Assembly: GCA_022813865.1 (NCBI GenBank)
Contig: JALDZX010000027.1
Span: 124,001-188,000 of the forward strand
DNA: 64,000 nucleotides
Origin: Xylographa opegraphella
Taxonomy: Eukaryota
Direction: 5' to 3'
Shown: positions 61,756 to 64,000 of the stretch, in pieces
Position numbering within the stretch: position 1 is the first letter of the stretch
Layout of the letters: every line of letters starts with the position of its first letter
Program-made: the position numbers and the translations under genes
Notes under the pieces: generated by a model
Told to the model about the DNA's origin: nothing
Database searches by the model: none
Seen by the model: only the letters and a program-made list of their open reading frames with translations

Positions 61756-64000
61756 ATGGCGCAGCGGAAACTCCAGCAGGACATTGATAAAACCTTCAAG
61801 AAGGTCGCTGAAGGTATACAAGCATTTGAGGCGATCTTTGACAAGATACAACAAACGACCAATGCCTCCCAAAAGGAAAAGCTTGAAGACAATCTGAAGC
61901 GGGAGATCAAGAAGCTTCAACGGCATCGAGATCAGATTAAGACTTGGGCTGCTGGAAACGAAATCAAGGACAAAAAACCTCTCATGGAGCAGCGGAAGCT
62001 TATTGAGAATGTCTGTGCTACCTAAGGACAAACATCGTTCAAATGGCCGTTGGAGTGGGGCTGACCTTACATGTGCTTGCAGGAAATGGAGAAGTTCAAG
62101 GCCGTAGAGAAGGAGATGAAAACTAAAGCTTTCTCCAAGACCGGCTTGTCTGCCGCGGCTAAGCTGGATCCAAAAGAAAGGGAAAAACTAGACGCTTGTC
62201 AATTCTTGTCAGACATGGTTGACTCTCTAGAACGGCAGATCGAGACGTTAGAAGCGGAGGAAGAAGCGCTACAAGCGACTGTAAAGAAGGGGAAAAAGGA
62301 CACTGGGAAGTCGGATCGGCTTTCGGAAATAACACGTCTGACAGAGAGGCACAAATGGCACCAGGGGAAGCTCGAACTCCTGCTTAGAGCCCTCGAAAAT
62401 GGAAACGTGGAGACGGAACAGGTGAATGATCTGAAAGAAAGCATCCAATACTACGTCGACGAGAATCAAACTGTAGAGTTTATGGAGGACGACACTATCT
62501 ACGATGATCTCAATCTTGAACAAGAAGAAGGCGTCTGGGGAATAAATAATGATGGTGATCGGTTATCATCGCAGGATGCTCAATCGATACAAGACGATCT
62601 TCCAGAGACTGCAGACGGACGAGGCTCGGGCAATGGAACCGGGAAATCCAAGGCGGCATCTATATCTGACCCGCAGACATCGCAAACAAGGAGACCATCT
62701 AATCAGCTCAAGTCTCCATTACCTGCTCTTGCTACACTTCACACCTCCCTACCTAGTACGACAAACGGAATAACAACCAATACAATGAAACCAGCTCCTT
62801 TGCCCACGAGACCTCCAGGCGAAACCCTCAAATATGCGTCTGCCGCAGCGGCTGCGGCCGTAAGCGACAAGAATGCTTTAGGAATTGCACCATTGCCACC
62901 TCCGCCTGGAGCTGCCGCCGCTGCCGCAGGTAGCGGAAGTACTAGTCTCTCGCCTTCAGTACCAGCCGCTGTTTTGAAAGCCAGTGCATCGCCATCCCCA
63001 AGCGTGGTACCATCCTTACCCGCAAGCGTTGATCATACATCGACACAGAAGCCTCCTACTCCTAGTACTTCTGTTCCGGACACGATATCACACAGCCTAA
63101 CTCAGGCCAAATCACCCACTCTCAGTCACGTAAGCACAGCAGCATCGACTAGCGTTCCCAACAGCATTCCACCAACTCCTGCACTAGAGAAGGCCGAAAA
63201 TGCTCTTCCACCGCTGCCAGCGTCGAAAATATCACCACCACAGCCTAGTGTACGAGAAGAAAAGGAACCTTCACCCGAGCCCGAACAGCCCAAAACTCCG
63301 CCCCAGCTTCCATCAAGAAACATCGCTGTACGAGCGAATGGTGACTCGCAAGTCGAACCAGAAGACGAGTCGATATATCATCTCCCGCCTGGTCTACAGG
63401 ATTTGATACAGTCGTTCGAAGTCACAAAAGCTAGGGCGACGTCTACCTCATCATATTCTGCGCAACGCCTTCTCGCTGCGTCACATGCCACATGCCCAGA
63501 TGTTTTCGACGGTGAAAAACCGCGGCACTACACACCACAGACCAGATACAACACTCCTCGATTCTACCCGCAAGAACCGTCGATGATAATTGACGATCCT
63601 AACCTTTATGGAAAGATAGATACAGATACACTGTTCTACATTTTCTACTATCGCCAAGGCACCTATCAGCAGTACCTGGCGGCAAAGTCCCTAAAAACAC
63701 AGAGCTGGCGTTTCCACAAACAATACCAGACTTGGTTTCAAAGGCACGAAGAACCAAAGAACATAACGGAAGAGTATGAGCAAGGCACGTATCGATTTTT
63801 CGATTACGAGAGCACATGGTATGACAGAATCTAATTTTACCATATAAGCGAAGCGGATATGCTCTTCATATGGAGCTACTCCCTTCTTCCGATTGTTGTC
63901 TTAGCAGTAGAAGACAACGGCTAACACCGGTACTCTTTGACAGGATGAATCGTCGGAAAGCTGAGTTTAAATTCGCATACAAATTTTTAGAGGATGATCT
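61756..64000 (+). CDS. NOT3: CCR4-NOT complex subunit Not3/Not5, 3' end just beyond the window
   Basis: [20 protein letters not shown]...[18 protein letters not shown]..., [21 protein letters not shown]-box [32 protein letters not shown]...[27 protein letters not shown]. Confidence 0.94.

Overview
Gene-dense eukaryotic DNA from a filamentous ascomycete (Pezizomycotina; short introns with CTRAY-type branch sites). I can support 27 protein-coding genes. Most are conserved housekeeping genes: RPL28/uL15, CHL1, a Sel1-repeat ACK1/CHS4-family protein, HOP2, LEE1/cps3, RPN12, VPS51, RMI1, BLES03/DUF1917, DPH7, SKI3, a GH5 sterylglucosidase, NTH1, a protein kinase, NNR1, LRO1, a GH18 chitinase, RPS31, ACE2/SWI5, DTD1 and NOT3/5 (truncated by the window end). 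There are also accessory-looking patches. The best candidate for an undescribed system is a head-to-head pair at 1.3-6.5 kb: a sensor-less NLR/NACHT-like protein with a degenerate P-loop, facing an intact fungal AAA+ ATPase. Other signals: two in-frame 5' splice donors right after the DTD1 Gly-cisPro motif, a 5-nt micro-exon inside the CHL1 Walker A, GC-AG introns in HOP2 and the chitinase, CaaX boxes on two proteins, a start-overlapping uORF in NTH1, an intronless high-GC NNR1, and about ten GC-rich islands that run C-rich then G-rich whatever the gene orientation. I found no tRNA, rRNA, transposon or CRISPR feature that I could support. Family assignments come from recognising motifs by eye, not from database searches. 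Exon boundaries were inferred manually.
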